From Chloroflexota bacterium (GTDB lineage: Bacteria; Chloroflexota; UBA11872; VXOZ01): DNA of 64,000 bases. The notes beneath the pieces are model-generated. The model was not told where the DNA came from. It made no database searches and saw only the letters and a program-made list of their open reading frames with translations. Numbering within the stretch: position 1 is the stretch's first letter; each line of letters begins with the position of its first letter. Where the stretch lies: NCBI GenBank assembly GCA_965221905.1, contig OZ244922.1, forward strand, positions 3,264,001 through 3,328,000, in the 5' to 3' direction. Position numbers and translations under genes: made by a program. Shown piece after piece: positions 49,456-60,706 of the stretch.

Positions 49456-51348
49456 ATGAGAACAGGTTCTAGATATAGAGGCGGCCCGCGCAGGCGATCT
49501 TCCGGCCGTAAATCGTCGGAGCAGCAAGACCGCACCGCAGGCTCCTTACATGGGACAGCCGTCAGCGAAGCCCCGCCGGCACGCAAGATTAAGCTCCCGC
49601 AAGACATTACGGTCGCCCAACTCGCAGAGCGGCTTGAATTGAGCCCTACAGCCATAATCAAGGAGCTCTTCACACGCGGTACTGCCGTCACCATTAATCA
49701 AACACTCGACTACACCACCGCCTCACTTGTCGTTGAGTCGTTGGGTCATAGCGTAGTAAAAGAAGAGGTGAAACCGGCAGCGGCCAAGCCAAGAGAAGAC
49801 GTGTTGCTTGAAATTGCCAAGCAAACGGGTACAACCGAGCGGCGGCGGCGGCGTTTTGAAAAGCGCTCTCCGGTCGTCACCGTGATGGGCCACGTCGACC
49901 ACGGCAAGACTTCACTCCTGGACGCGTTGCGTGAGACCAGCGTGGCGGAAGGCGAGTCGGGCGGTATTACCCAGCGCATCGGTGCTTACCAGGTAACCAA
50001 CAACGGCGACACCGTTACTTTTATCGACACGCCCGGTCATAAGGCATTTACGGCCATGCGCGCACGGGGCGCAAAGGTAACGGACCTGGCCGTGATCGTG
50101 GTCGCGGCTGACGACGGGATAATGCCACAGACCATTGAGGCCATCAATCATGCACGGGCGGCAAAGGTCCCATTCCTCATCGCTCTCAACAAGATCGACC
50201 TACCGAACGCCAACCCTGATCGCGTGAAGCAACAGCTTACGGAACACGAAATCGTCATTGAAGAGTATGGCGGCGAAGCGGTGCTGGTAGAGGTCTCCGC
50301 CCAGACGAAAGAAGGCTTGGACGACCTCTTGGAGATGATTGCGCTCCTCTCAGAACTTGAGGGTGTACGCGCTGATCCCCGTATTCCGGCGCGGGGCGTT
50401 GTGATCGAGAGCAACATGGACAAGAGCCGCGGCCCTGTGGCAACCGTGCTTGTGCAGGAGGGCACACTCCACGTGGGCGATACGGTGGTCTGTGGCAAGA
50501 CTTCCGGTCGTGTGCGCGCGCTCTTCGGCGAAAGTGGCGTGTCAGTATCCGAAGCCGGCCCTTCCGTGCCGGCCGAGATACTTGGACTCAGCGCGCTGCC
50601 CGCTCCCGGAGATACGATCATCGTCGTGGTCGACGAAAAGGCCGCGAAGACTCTGCTGCAAGAACTCACGGAGCGCGAGCGGGATGATACGGAGCGGATG
50701 TCGCTGGATACGCTCAGTGCGACTGCCGGTGAGGGCGTGGAAGAGTTGGATATTGTCCTTAAGGCCGATATCCGCGGCTCAGTTGAAGCCATCCAACAAG
50801 CCTTGGAGCAACTCTCAAACGAAGAAACTCGCGTACGAGTCATTTACAGCGGCGTCGGCCCTGTGAGTGAGTCAGACGTGCAACTGGCCATCGCCGGCAA
50901 CGCATTGATTGCCGCATTCAACGTGCGCCCAGACGCCGCTGCTCGTTCGCTGGCGGACTCGGAGACTATTGAAATCCGCTACTACAACGTGATTTACACC
51001 CTCATCGAAGAAATGCAGAAAGCCTTGCTCGGACTACTTGATCCTTTGATCATTGAAGTGATAGATGGGCAGGCAGAGGTGCGGGCAGTCTTCAATCAAG
51101 TGCGTGGGCAGACGGTGCTTGGCGCAATCGTCCGTGAGGGCACAATGCGCCGCGGAGCCCAGGTGCGTGTGCTGCGCAATAAACGGCAATTGCTCAAGAA
51201 CACTGTCACAAGCCTGCGCCGGTTCAAAGATACCGTGCGCGAGGTGACAAGCGGTTACGAGTGCGGTATCGGCATTGGCGAAATCTATGACGTGCACGAA
51301 GGCGATGTGCTCGAGACGTTCCATATCGAAGAGAAGGCACGCGTCTAG
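49456..51348 (+). CDS. infB: Translation initiation factor IF-2
   Basis: [27 protein letters not shown]. Confidence 0.97.
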   Translation: MRTGSRYRGGPRRRSSGRKSSEQQDRTAGSLHGTAVSEAPPARKIKLPQDITVAQLAERLELSPTAIIKELFTRGTAVTINQTLDYTTASLVVESLGHSVVKEEVKPAAAKPREDVLLEIAKQTGTTERRRRRFEKRSPVVTVMGHVDHGKTSLLDALRETSVAEGESGGITQRIGAYQVTNNGDTVTFIDTPGHKAFTAMRARGAKVTDLAVIVVAADDGIMPQTIEAINHARAAKVPFLIALNKIDLPNANPDRVKQQLTEHEIVIEEYGGEAVLVEVSAQTKEGLDDLLEMIALLSELEGVRADPRIPARGVVIESNMDKSRGPVATVLVQEGTLHVGDTVVCGKTSGRVRALFGESGVSVSEAGPSVPAEILGLSALPAPGDTIIVVVDEKAAKTLLQELTERERDDTERMSLDTLSATAGEGVEELDIVLKADIRGSVEAIQQALEQLSNEETRVRVIYSGVGPVSESDVQLAIAGNALIAAFNVRPDAAARSLADSETIEIRYYNVIYTLIEEMQKALLGLLDPLIIEVIDGQAEVRAVFNQVRGQTVLGAIVREGTMRRGAQVRVLRNKRQLLKNTVTSLRRFKDTVREVTSGYECGIGIGEIYDVHEGDVLETFHIEEKARV

Positions 51349-51387
51349 CGTCATTGGAAAGGGGCTTGCTCTTCTTCGCATGGAGCA

Positions 51388-51427
51388 AGCGGAAAGCTGC
51401 GGGTCTCGAGGCCCGCAGCTTTCCGCT
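51388..51427 (+). terminator. Strong hairpin after infB
   Basis: AGCGGAAAGCTGCGGG...CCCGCAGCTTTCCGCT. Confidence 0.6.
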
Positions 51428-51733
51428 ACTTTGTGGGTGACACTTGCAACAAGAAATCTAAGAAATAGACTGCAGTATTAGTAGGGGTGGGCCTAGAGTC
51501 GGCACATATTCAGAAGAAGGTGAATTCGACAGGACATGCCACCTGCTACTTAGCCCATCACTCTAACATTGTGTACCCCCTACGGAGACCGCTCATCTTG
51601 ATTTTAGCTAGTGGAGAAAGATCTGCCTGGCCTCTACTTCACACGCAAATCATCGAGTTTCAGGCATAGTGGTAGGGCTTTAGGCATGTGGGAAGCAAGG
51701 TAGACTCCTTGGATCCTTCGAAAAGGAGAGCTC

Positions 51734-52918
51734 ATGGATCAAGAACTAGAACTATTGCAGCGAGACCCATCTGAGGAAGATGAGAGCGATCTCGGCTCGT
51801 TTAGGACGGAAGCAGTAGTCACATCGACTGATTGGACTACCGAGACTATCTTGTCTCAGCTACGACGTGGGAATATCGAATTATCACCTCGGTTTCAGAG
51901 GCGAGAAGCATGGACAAATAGTAGAAAAAGCGCCTTCATTGAATCACTCTTTCTTGGCCTGCCTGTGCCTCAACTCGTACTAGCAGAACGACCGGATCAA
52001 AGGGGGTCATATATTGTTATTGATGGTAAGCAGCGGCTTCTTTCCATTCGTCGATTTGGGGTTGAATTGTCCTGTGAGGAATTTGACCCTTTGAAGTTAG
52101 CTGGCTTGAAAGTCAGATCCGATCTCAATGGACAAACATGGGCAAGACTAAAGGATCATCCCGATTTCCAAGGCGACAAGATTGCTTACGAGAACCAAAC
52201 CATTCGAACAGTGGTTGTCAGGAATTGGAGTGAGGAAGCGTTTCTCTATTTGGTCTTCCATCGACTTAACACTGGCAGCGTCCCTTTATCGCCTCAAGAG
52301 CTACGCCAAGCCTTACATCCCGGCCCGTTTACTGATTTTGTAGAGCAGTACTCATCCGACAGCCAATCCATCAGAAAGGCTCTTAATCTCCGCAAACCAG
52401 ACTTCCGAATGCGTGATGTTGAGTTATTGATACGTTTCTTTGCTTTTGCAGAGTCGATTGACAGCTATAACGGCAATCTAAAGGAATTCCTTGACAATAC
52501 ATCTGAGCATTTCAATAAGAGCTGGGATTCGCGACAGTTGGAAGTCGAACAGATAGCCAATCGATGCGATCAAGCGATAGACATTACGTTCCGAGTCTTC
52601 GGAAATGATGCATTCAGGCGATGGCAGGCCCCGAACGGATATGAGCGCCGATTCAACCGAGCAGTCTTCGACATCATGACGTACTACTTTAGCCATGACC
52701 AAACAGGAGAGCTCGCTGTCAGTAAGAAAGATGATGTAAAGGCGGCATTTTCAGAGCTATCCAAGAATGATGAGCAATTCACAGAGGCACTTCAAACAAC
52801 TACAAAGAGCGTTCAAGCAACTTTCAACCGACTAGGAAAGTGGGGACACAAGCTACAGGCAGTGCTTGGGTGCCCTTTAGAGATTCCCGAGATCCTTTCG
52901 ATTAGTCGCTCAAAGTAA
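51734..52918 (+). CDS. DUF262 (ParB/Srx-like, GmrS-like) protein
   Basis: PRFQRR..W, FIESL.LGLPVP, VIDGKQRL, FHRLNTG..PLSPQELR. Confidence 0.9.
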   Translation: MDQELELLQRDPSEEDESDLGSFRTEAVVTSTDWTTETILSQLRRGNIELSPRFQRREAWTNSRKSAFIESLFLGLPVPQLVLAERPDQRGSYIVIDGKQRLLSIRRFGVELSCEEFDPLKLAGLKVRSDLNGQTWARLKDHPDFQGDKIAYENQTIRTVVVRNWSEEAFLYLVFHRLNTGSVPLSPQELRQALHPGPFTDFVEQYSSDSQSIRKALNLRKPDFRMRDVELLIRFFAFAESIDSYNGNLKEFLDNTSEHFNKSWDSRQLEVEQIANRCDQAIDITFRVFGNDAFRRWQAPNGYERRFNRAVFDIMTYYFSHDQTGELAVSKKDDVKAAFSELSKNDEQFTEALQTTTKSVQATFNRLGKWGHKLQAVLGCPLEIPEILSISRSK

Positions 52919-52926
52919 ATAACGCA

Positions 52927-53541
52927 ATGGCGAATTCCACTAGGTTTCGAAAGCTACGGACGAGAATTGGTGAATTGCGCAGGCACTTTCTACCAAGAGA
53001 CTTTGATGCGACTGGGGCTTACACAACACGGCAGTTCGACCACGCGCGGGCCTTTAGACTTCTGGCACATGCAGAGATCGAAAGCTTTCTTGAGGATGTG
53101 GCATTCGACACTGTAAATATGGCATTCCAGGCTTGGGTAGACAACGGAATCATTACGCTACCACTAGTAGCAATGGTTGCATATGCAGAACAGAACCTTG
53201 GAATAGTTCCTGACAGAAAGACTAAGATAGAGAAAGATTTAGTTGATCGCTTAGAGCGTTCACTGAGCAAATTCAATGGATATGCCAAGGCAGGGAATCA
53301 CGGCATAAAAGAAAAGGATGTATTGAAACTGCTTCTTCCCGTTGGAATGAGCGAACGGGACATCGATTCAACGTGGTTGGCAACGACAAGCTCATTCGGC
53401 CGCGCCCGTGGTGAAACGGCTCACCGGTCGAATCAAGTAGACCGCCCACCTGACCCTCGGACCGAGTTTGATATTGTGATCCAGATCCTTGAAGGGCTAG
53501 CGGACATTGACGAAAGGTTACTGAAATTACGCTCTACCTAG
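52927..53541 (+). CDS. HEPN-domain protein (RiboL-PSP/MAE_28990-like), putative RNase
   Basis: LAHAEIESFLED and Rx4H motif RGETAH. Confidence 0.75.
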   Translation: MANSTRFRKLRTRIGELRRHFLPRDFDATGAYTTRQFDHARAFRLLAHAEIESFLEDVAFDTVNMAFQAWVDNGIITLPLVAMVAYAEQNLGIVPDRKTKIEKDLVDRLERSLSKFNGYAKAGNHGIKEKDVLKLLLPVGMSERDIDSTWLATTSSFGRARGETAHRSNQVDRPPDPRTEFDIVIQILEGLADIDERLLKLRST

Positions 53542-53928
53542 TTTGAACATGACTGCCCTGCAGTGATTGATCCAGGGCGTTAGTTGCTTAAGCTTCCAGA
53601 CATCCTCAAGCCAGTCAGCAGCGTTCATCTACACACTGGTACGCTGCACATTCTAGGGAAACTACAAGGTCATCCTCTTAAATGTAGAGGGCCGGAGTGA
53701 CTGAACCCCAGAAGCACAGTTCAAACCCGAATAATCTATCAACCGATCCTTTGCATCCAACCGAGCTTTAATTTCGAACAGTTGGCAGCCTTACTAGAAA
53801 GAGAACCCGTACTACCTTGCAGGGAGTATTCATAGCAAGCAAGAGTTGTCACCTAGAAGTCTTGGACTTTGCCACAGCGATATTGCGACCTGGGGAAGTG
53901 CACGCGGCGAACACGAAGGGAGTATCGT

Positions 53929-54354
53929 ATGGACTTGCGAAAGTTGGAGCGGTCAACCGCTTTGTTGCGCGAGGAATTAACCGATATCTTGCGCTCGGAA
54001 GTGCGCGATCCCCGTCTTAACGAAGTAACGGTCTCGGCAGTGCGCCTCTCCCGCGACCGGCGACACGCCCGCGTGTTTGTGATCGCGGCGCAACAAGGAC
54101 AGGAAGAAGAACAGGCCGTACTCGCCGCCCTGAGCCGCGCTGCGGGCTATGTGCGTCGCTGCTTGGCGCAACGACTCTCGTGGTACAAGGCCCCGGAGAT
54201 AACATTTCAGCTTGACGAGGGTATGAAGCAGGGCGATCGCGTTCTCGCTTTGTTCAATGACCTTGAATCAGAGGAACCTGCACAAGCAGAAGGTTCGGAA
54301 TCTGTTGCCGGCGAATCCGGTAACGAGCGCCCGGAGAAGCATTCTCCCCAGTGA
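53929..54354 (+). CDS. rbfA: Ribosome-binding factor A
   Basis: EVRDPRL..VTV..V.LS.D..HARVF, PEITF.LD. Confidence 0.92.
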   Translation: MDLRKLERSTALLREELTDILRSEVRDPRLNEVTVSAVRLSRDRRHARVFVIAAQQGQEEEQAVLAALSRAAGYVRRCLAQRLSWYKAPEITFQLDEGMKQGDRVLALFNDLESEEPAQAEGSESVAGESGNERPEKHSPQ

Positions 54355-55442
54355 AGGATACACTTACGGCACCTACTATAAAGTCAGCGTCTGCGACTAA
54401 ATCGCAGGCTGCAGATATTCCTGCGACCCTGCAAGAGCAGCGGGACACGGCATTTTCACCCCTGGAGTGGGAAAGGGCCTGCGCGCTGGTGCTGGAGGCG
54501 CAATGCATCCTTTTTACCACCCACGCCGGCCCTGACGGCGACGCCATCGGCAGTATGGTCGGGCTCTCTATCGCGCTGCGTGCAATGGGCAAGACGGTGG
54601 CAATGGTCTGCAGCGATCCGGTACCGCAAGATCTCACCTTCGTGCCGCATTCGGACCAAGTCCGGCCTTTACACGATCTCGCCAAACTGCCCTTTGCCCC
54701 CGACCTTATCATCGTATGCGATGCTGCCAGCCTGGCACGCCTCGGCGCAGTGTATACCGAGAGTCAGTCATGCTTTGAAGCATTGCCGATTCTCAACCTG
54801 GACCACCACCAGACGAATTCGCGGTTCGGTCGGGTCAATCTTGTTGATTCGACCGCAGCCGCAACGGCCGAGATCGCCCACGAACTGTTGGAGCGGTTGC
54901 ACGTAACGATTACGCAGGAAATCGCCACGGCGCTGATGACCGGCCTGGTTACCGATACGTTGGGGTTTCGTACGGGTAACGTTACGCCGCGTACGCTAAC
55001 ACTTGCCGCGCACCTACTGGAACACGGCGCGCCGCTCAACGAGATCGGCTATCGCGTATTTCGCGCCACGCGGTACGAGAAACTAAAGCTCTGGGGATAC
55101 GGCCTCTCCAACCTGCAACGCACGGAAGATGGGCGCATCGTGTGGGCCGAACTGCCTCGCGCAATGCGCACGGAATTAGGCGCCAAAGAGAGCGACTTGG
55201 TAGGACTGGCTTCGTTTATCGAAGATATGGAGGGTGTGGATGTTGTCATCCTGGCGTGGGATAGCAAGAAAGACCCCACACGTACACGGCTCTCCCTGCG
55301 TTCGCGCACCGTAAACGTGGCCGCCATTGCACAGACGCTTGGCGGCGGCGGCCACTCCGGCGCCGCCGGTGCACTGCTTGCCGAACCGCTCGCCGTGGGT
55401 CTGCGCAAAGCTGTTGAAGCAGCAAAGGCACACCTCGCCTGA
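54351..55442 (+). CDS. nrnA: DHH/DHHA1 phosphoesterase (NrnA-like)
   Basis: H..PDGDAIGS, DHH, TDT..F, GGGGH..AAG. Confidence 0.88.
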   Translation: MKDTLTAPTIKSASATKSQAADIPATLQEQRDTAFSPLEWERACALVLEAQCILFTTHAGPDGDAIGSMVGLSIALRAMGKTVAMVCSDPVPQDLTFVPHSDQVRPLHDLAKLPFAPDLIIVCDAASLARLGAVYTESQSCFEALPILNLDHHQTNSRFGRVNLVDSTAAATAEIAHELLERLHVTITQEIATALMTGLVTDTLGFRTGNVTPRTLTLAAHLLEHGAPLNEIGYRVFRATRYEKLKLWGYGLSNLQRTEDGRIVWAELPRAMRTELGAKESDLVGLASFIEDMEGVDVVILAWDSKKDPTRTRLSLRSRTVNVAAIAQTLGGGGHSGAAGALLAEPLAVGLRKAVEAAKAHLA

Positions 55443-55571
55443 CCTGTGCGATGCGAAGCCCGGCCTCGCTAAGGTGACCGCCGGCTTGCCTGGGACCAAC
55501 TCTGACTTGCTTGGAACGAGCACTGTCTGGTTCCGAGGGAACACTGACGTGCTCCGCAGGAGCGCAGGATC

Positions 55572-56465
55572 GTGCGTCACGGCTTTCTAAACATCGCCAA
55601 GCCTCCCGCTTGCACTTCCCACGACGTTGTAGACGCCATCCGCCGTCTCTTAGGGCAACGACGCGTGGGCCACGCGGGTACGCTTGACCCGCTCGCCTGC
55701 GGTGTGCTCGTCATCGGCGCTGGGCATGGAACGCGTCTCATCGAATATCTCGCCGACACGCGCAAGACGTACCACGCCCGTATCCTGCTCGGCAGCACAA
55801 CGACCACCGACGACAGCGCCGGCGACCTGCTGGAGGAACGACCAGTAAACGTCGACGCAGCGGCAGTCTGCGCTGCTCTGGAGCAATTTAGCGGCACCAT
55901 CGCACAGGTGCCGCCCGCGTATGCTGCCGTGCACGTACAAGGAACGCGCGCCTACGTGCGGGCGCGACGCGGCGAGGCCGTAACGCTCACGCCGCGACAC
56001 GTGACGATCTTTGGTCTGGAACTCCTAGAGCTGCGGCTACCACGGCTCAGCCTCGAGGTGGAGTGCTCGACGGGAACCTATGTGCGTGCCCTGGCCCGTG
56101 ATCTGGGAGAAGCGCTTGGCTGCGGCGCCCACTTGGAAGCGCTCACGCGCACCCACGTTGGTGCATTCGCGTTGGAAGAAGCCGTGCCCCTCCACGCGCT
56201 GGCAGACCGTGCGGCCGATCAAGGCTGGGACACGGTCATGCTGCCTTTGGATCGGCCCTTGAGGCACTGGCCCGCCTGCCTCCTAAGCGCTGAGGAAGCT
56301 ACACAGGTGATGAACGGCATGCGCGTCGCAGTCTCCAGCGCAGTATGCCCGGGACAATTCGCGCGCGCCTACGATCCGCAAGGACGCCTGCTTGCGGTGC
56401 TGCAAGCAGTGGACTCCCCTACGCCGCTCTGGCAGCCGGTCAAAGTCTTTCGCTATAATCCATGA
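55572..56465 (+). CDS. truB: tRNA pseudouridine(55) synthase
   Basis: GHAGTLDPLA.GVL, CSTGTYVRALARDLG. Confidence 0.95.
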   Translation: MRHGFLNIAKPPACTSHDVVDAIRRLLGQRRVGHAGTLDPLACGVLVIGAGHGTRLIEYLADTRKTYHARILLGSTTTTDDSAGDLLEERPVNVDAAAVCAALEQFSGTIAQVPPAYAAVHVQGTRAYVRARRGEAVTLTPRHVTIFGLELLELRLPRLSLEVECSTGTYVRALARDLGEALGCGAHLEALTRTHVGAFALEEAVPLHALADRAADQGWDTVMLPLDRPLRHWPACLLSAEEATQVMNGMRVAVSSAVCPGQFARAYDPQGRLLAVLQAVDSPTPLWQPVKVFRYNP

Positions 56466-56528
56466 AGATGCACGCCACATTGGCCCGCGACGCCAGGACG
56501 TTGGCAAGCGTAAGGATAGGCAAACGCA

Positions 56529-57488
56529 GTGGAGGTTTTTCGCCGAGACCCGGAGACTCTTGAGTCTGATCGTCCCACTGTGCTCACCATCGGCAAATTC
56601 GACGGTATACACCGGGGACACCGGCACGTATTGGAAGCCGTTGCGGCGCGGGCGCGCGCCAATGACTGGCAATCCGCCGTCATCATCCTCTGGCCGCCGC
56701 CGCCGGAGGTGCTGCGGCCCGGCGCGCAGATACCCCGCCTCTCCACTCTGGCCGAACGGGAGGCGGCCATCGCCGCCAGCGGCATCGACCTGCTGATTCT
56801 CTGGCCCTTCACGCTCGAGCTCTCTCGCCTGACACCGCGTGACTTCATGCAGGTCTTGCGCGACCGTCTCGATCTGCGCGTGCTCGTTATCGGCAGCGAT
56901 TTTGCCCTGGGCCACCAGCGCAGCGGTACACCCGACGTGCTGCGGGAGTTAGGCAGAGAACTCGGTTTCGACGTGGAAGTTTCGCCACCCTACGTGCATG
57001 AGGGTCAGGCTGTTAGTAGTTCGCGTATTCGCGGGCACTTGTCCGCAGGCGACCCGGCGCAGGCGGCGCGACTGCTCGGCCGCTGGCCGACGCTCACCGG
57101 CACGATAGTTCGCGGCGCCGGACGCGGCAAAGACCTCGGCTTTCCAACGGCCAATCTGCACCTCGCCGAGCCGCTCGCCGTGCCCGCCCACGGCATCTAC
57201 GCTACCTTCGCGACGCTCGCGCCGGAAGCCGAGGCCGTGGTGCACCGGTCGGTTACCAGCATCGGCGTGCGCCCCACGTTCGGCGACGCAAACGCGCAGA
57301 CCATCGAGACGTACCTGCTGGACTTTGGTGGCGACCTCTACGGCCGGACGCTCCGCCTGCACCTAGTGGCAAAACTCCGCGACGAACTGAAGTTTACTTC
57401 CGTCGCGGCCCTGATCGCGCAAATGGAGCAAGACGTCATCCATGCTCGCGCCGCCCTCGCTCCACACCCGCTGCCGGAACAATCCTAG
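56529..57488 (+). CDS. ribF: Bifunctional riboflavin kinase/FAD synthetase
   Basis: FDGIHRGH, SSSRIR, LGFPTANL, IGVRPTF. Confidence 0.95.
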   Translation: MEVFRRDPETLESDRPTVLTIGKFDGIHRGHRHVLEAVAARARANDWQSAVIILWPPPPEVLRPGAQIPRLSTLAEREAAIAASGIDLLILWPFTLELSRLTPRDFMQVLRDRLDLRVLVIGSDFALGHQRSGTPDVLRELGRELGFDVEVSPPYVHEGQAVSSSRIRGHLSAGDPAQAARLLGRWPTLTGTIVRGAGRGKDLGFPTANLHLAEPLAVPAHGIYATFATLAPEAEAVVHRSVTSIGVRPTFGDANAQTIETYLLDFGGDLYGRTLRLHLVAKLRDELKFTSVAALIAQMEQDVIHARAALAPHPLPEQS

Positions 57489-57676
57489 CGCTCACATGTT
57501 CCGCCATTCCCGGTAGCGCAGGTTTGAAACCTGTGCCGTCGTGGTGTGGTGTAGTCCCTGTGATCGACCCTTGTTACATGCGATGACATTGGGGCATCTA
57601 TCCCGCTTCATGGCGCAATCTGGGAAACATTGCATTGATCGGCACCAAGCGCATCGAGCATACAGCCGCCCACACT

Positions 57677-59617
57677 CTATTCCGGCTCTCCGCCCGTGAA
57701 CGGCCCGGAGCCTTGAAAGCCGGGCATTCTCCCGCCACCCGGTTTGCGGCGGCCGAACGGCGGCATGGGCGGGCCGGTATCGGATTCGTCTGCCTGTGCC
57801 GCTTCCGGCTCGGTGCGGAACTGAATGCTGTGCAGTTTGGCGTAGAGGCCGCCTTGCGCCTGCAACTCCTCATGCGTGCCGGACTCGACCGCGCGGCCTT
57901 GGTCTATCACCAGGATGCGGTTGGCCGCCCGCACGGTAGAAAGCCGGTGGGCGATAACGAAGCTCGTACGACCTTGCCGCAGGGTGTTGAGCGCCGCCTG
58001 GATCAGCTCTTCAGACTGCGAATCGAGCGAGGACGTGGCTTCATCCAAGATGATGATGCGCGGGTTCTTCAGGAAGACGCGAGCAATGGCCACGCGTTGC
58101 TTTTCGCCGCCGGAAAGCCGGAAACCCCGCTCACCCACCACCGTCTCGTACTTTTCCGGCAACCCCACAATAAAATCATGGATCTGCGCCGCCTTGCAGG
58201 CATCAATCATATCCTCTTCGCTGGCCTCCGGGTTCGCGTAGAGCAAGTTCTCCCGCAGCGAGGTGTGGAACAAGAAGGGCTCCTGCGTCACCACACCAAC
58301 GTGCTGCATGAGAGACAGATACTGAAGGTCACGCAGATCGGCGTCGTCCAACTGCACCTGGCCGTTCACCGGATCGTAGAGCCGCGGGATAAGGTAGGTC
58401 AGGGTCGTCTTGCCCGCGCCGCTCGGGCCGACAAGGGCGATCATCTCGCCCGGCTCGGCTGTAAACGAAATGCCCTGGAGTGCCCAGGCTGCTTCATCGT
58501 TGTAGCGGAACCAGACATCGTTGAAGGAGATGCGCCCCTGAACGTCAGCGACTTCACGCGCGTCAGGTGTATCGAATATCTCCGGCTCCATGTCCAAGTA
58601 TCCAAAGATACGGTCGAACAACGCCATCGCACCCTGCACGTCCACGTAGACATTGGCCAGTTGCGACGAGGGGCCGTAAAGGTTTCTGAGGAAGGCGACG
58701 AAGGCGATGATGGTGCCGAGGGTCAGATCCCCTGCCATCACCTGGCGACCCCCAAACCAGTAGATTGCCGCCGGCCCGATGGAGGCGAAGAGCCCTAAGA
58801 ACATGAAGAACCAACGGCCGACCATAGCTTGCTTGATGTTCAAGCGCAGCAGGTCCCGTCCGATGCCGCGAAAACGCGAGTCCGCGCGCTGCTCACCGGA
58901 GAACGTGCGCATGAGCAGGTAGCCGCTGATATTCATCATCTCGTGCAAGAAGGCGCTGAGATCGGCCTGCTTTTCCTGGGTCTCTCGCGAGACTTGACGC
59001 CGGTACCGTCCCACACGGCGCGTCGGCAGCACAAACGCCGGTGTGACGATGAGGGCGATGAGCGCCAGTTGCCAGTTCATTAAGAAGAGCACGATGATCG
59101 TGAACACCACGGTAAAGATGTTCGTAATGATCGAGATGAGGGTGCCGGCTATGACGCTCTGCACACCGGCGACGTCGTTGTTGATCCGGGAGATGATCTC
59201 ACCGCTGCGGGTCTTGGTGAAAAAACGCAGCGACATGCGCTGCATGTGCCGAAAGAGATGCTTGCGCAGGTCGTAGACGATTCCCTGGCCGACCAGGGCG
59301 TTCAGATAGCTCTGCAACACGCTGATCAAGCCAGAGAAGAACGGCAGCGCGACCATGCCGAAGACGAGCAGGTTGAGCAGTCCGTAGTCTCTATGCGGTA
59401 TGGCGGTGTCAATGACGCTGCGCATCAGCAGCGGCGGGACCAAGCCAAGGCCGGTGACTGCCAGTACGCAGATGAGAATGACGATTTCATGCGGCCAATA
59501 CGGCGCCAGGTAGCTCAAGACGCGGCGTACGCCGGCAGCAGTCAGCGGCACTTTGGGCTGACCCTCGTTATCACGATATGATCGATGCATTCCCCATCCG
59601 CCGCCACCGTACATCAT
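57677..59617 (-). CDS. ABC exporter (TM domain plus ATPase)
   Basis: GPSGAGKTT, LSGGEKQR, ILDEATSSLD, IAHRLST. Confidence 0.95.
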   Translation of the reverse strand: MMYGGGGWGMHRSYRDNEGQPKVPLTAAGVRRVLSYLAPYWPHEIVILICVLAVTGLGLVPPLLMRSVIDTAIPHRDYGLLNLLVFGMVALPFFSGLISVLQSYLNALVGQGIVYDLRKHLFRHMQRMSLRFFTKTRSGEIISRINNDVAGVQSVIAGTLISIITNIFTVVFTIIVLFLMNWQLALIALIVTPAFVLPTRRVGRYRRQVSRETQEKQADLSAFLHEMMNISGYLLMRTFSGEQRADSRFRGIGRDLLRLNIKQAMVGRWFFMFLGLFASIGPAAIYWFGGRQVMAGDLTLGTIIAFVAFLRNLYGPSSQLANVYVDVQGAMALFDRIFGYLDMEPEIFDTPDAREVADVQGRISFNDVWFRYNDEAAWALQGISFTAEPGEMIALVGPSGAGKTTLTYLIPRLYDPVNGQVQLDDADLRDLQYLSLMQHVGVVTQEPFLFHTSLRENLLYANPEASEEDMIDACKAAQIHDFIVGLPEKYETVVGERGFRLSGGEKQRVAIARVFLKNPRIIILDEATSSLDSQSEELIQAALNTLRQGRTSFVIAHRLSTVRAANRILVIDQGRAVESGTHEELQAQGGLYAKLHSIQFRTEPEAAQADESDTGPPMPPFGRRKPGGGRMPGFQGSGPFTGGEPE

Positions 59618-59689
59618 GCGCTTTGCTCCGTATTCGTCTTGCTTCTACACAAAACCATTCGCAGCCCTAGACATCTCGCCACGAAACAC

Positions 59690-60119
59690 ATGCAGTCCAA
59701 TACTTTTCGCCACAGATTGTGTGACCGCACACACAATCTACATTCTCCGGTAGCGCAGGTTTGTAACCTGCGTCTGCGAGGCCGCTTTCCTTCGCGGAAC
59801 CATTTGCAGTCCTATGCTTTTAACCGTGGATTATATGCACGTCCGCACAGTCCGCACCCTCCGGTAGCGCAGGTTTGTAACCTGCGTCTGCATGGCCGAT
59901 TTCCTTCGCGGTTTCGCTTGCAGTCCCTTGCCTTTCGCCGTAAATTGTATGCCCGTCCGCACAAATCACATTCTCCGGTAGCGCAGGTTTGTAACCTGCG
60001 TCTGCGAGGCCGCTTTCCTTCGCGGTTTAGCTTGCAGCCCTAGGCATCTTGCCGTAAATTGTATGCCCGTCCGCAACCGTCCACATTCTCCGGTAGCGCA
60101 GGTTTGTAACCTGCGTCTT
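59690..60119 (+). repeat. Tandem array of ~114-bp units with invariant REP-like core CCGGTAGCGCAGGTTTGTAACCTGCGTCT
   Basis: Cores at 59747, 59861, 59975 and 60090 (periods 114, 114, 115). Confidence 0.9.
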
Positions 60120-60706
60120 CTCCACTTAGCGTCTGTCCAAAGGAGCAAGGAAAAGCACATATGTAGCGATTAACAGATTGTCGGACACGGCGCCGCGATT
60201 CTCCGTTTCCCTCGCAACCCTCTATCCCCGCAAATTCTCCCGCCTCTAACCGTGCAGGCGAGAGGCGGCCTATTGGCTACTACATCTATATTAACCATTA
60301 CGTGAACGTTGTACAACGACAAGACGACGGTAAAGGCGCACGCATGACGTGACTGTGCAATCGCAAGCAGTTTGGCGTTGCACGGCATAAGCAAGCGAGG
60401 AGAGGGAGGCGTGTGGTAAGCCAATCGCCCGTCACTCCGGCGGATGCCGGAGTCCAGTGGCTTGGCGAAGAAAGATTCCCGGGCACGCTGGAATGACGGT
60501 CAGGTTTTGCGGCAATAGGTGAATAGCGAAATGTGTCAACGAAAGAACTAGCGCTTACAGGAGTGACAAGACAAGGTGACTCGCGAATCCCATGGTGATA
60601 ATGGTGATAGCGGTGCTGAAAATTCCATCACCAAATGCTTGGGCCTCTCGTGCTATGTCGCGAAGCACAAGATGAGGTACATATGACCCAGGAACCACAG
60701 TTACCG

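Noticed and set aside
59585-60043. 152-aa repeat ORF (SPVAQVCNLRL...)
   Set aside because: By-product of the 114-bp (38-codon) period; overlaps the ABC gene start antisense and the phase breaks in the last unit.
59747-60119. CRISPR array
   Set aside because: Spacers are ~85 nt and homologous to each other, there are no cas genes, and the core occurs singly elsewhere like a REP.
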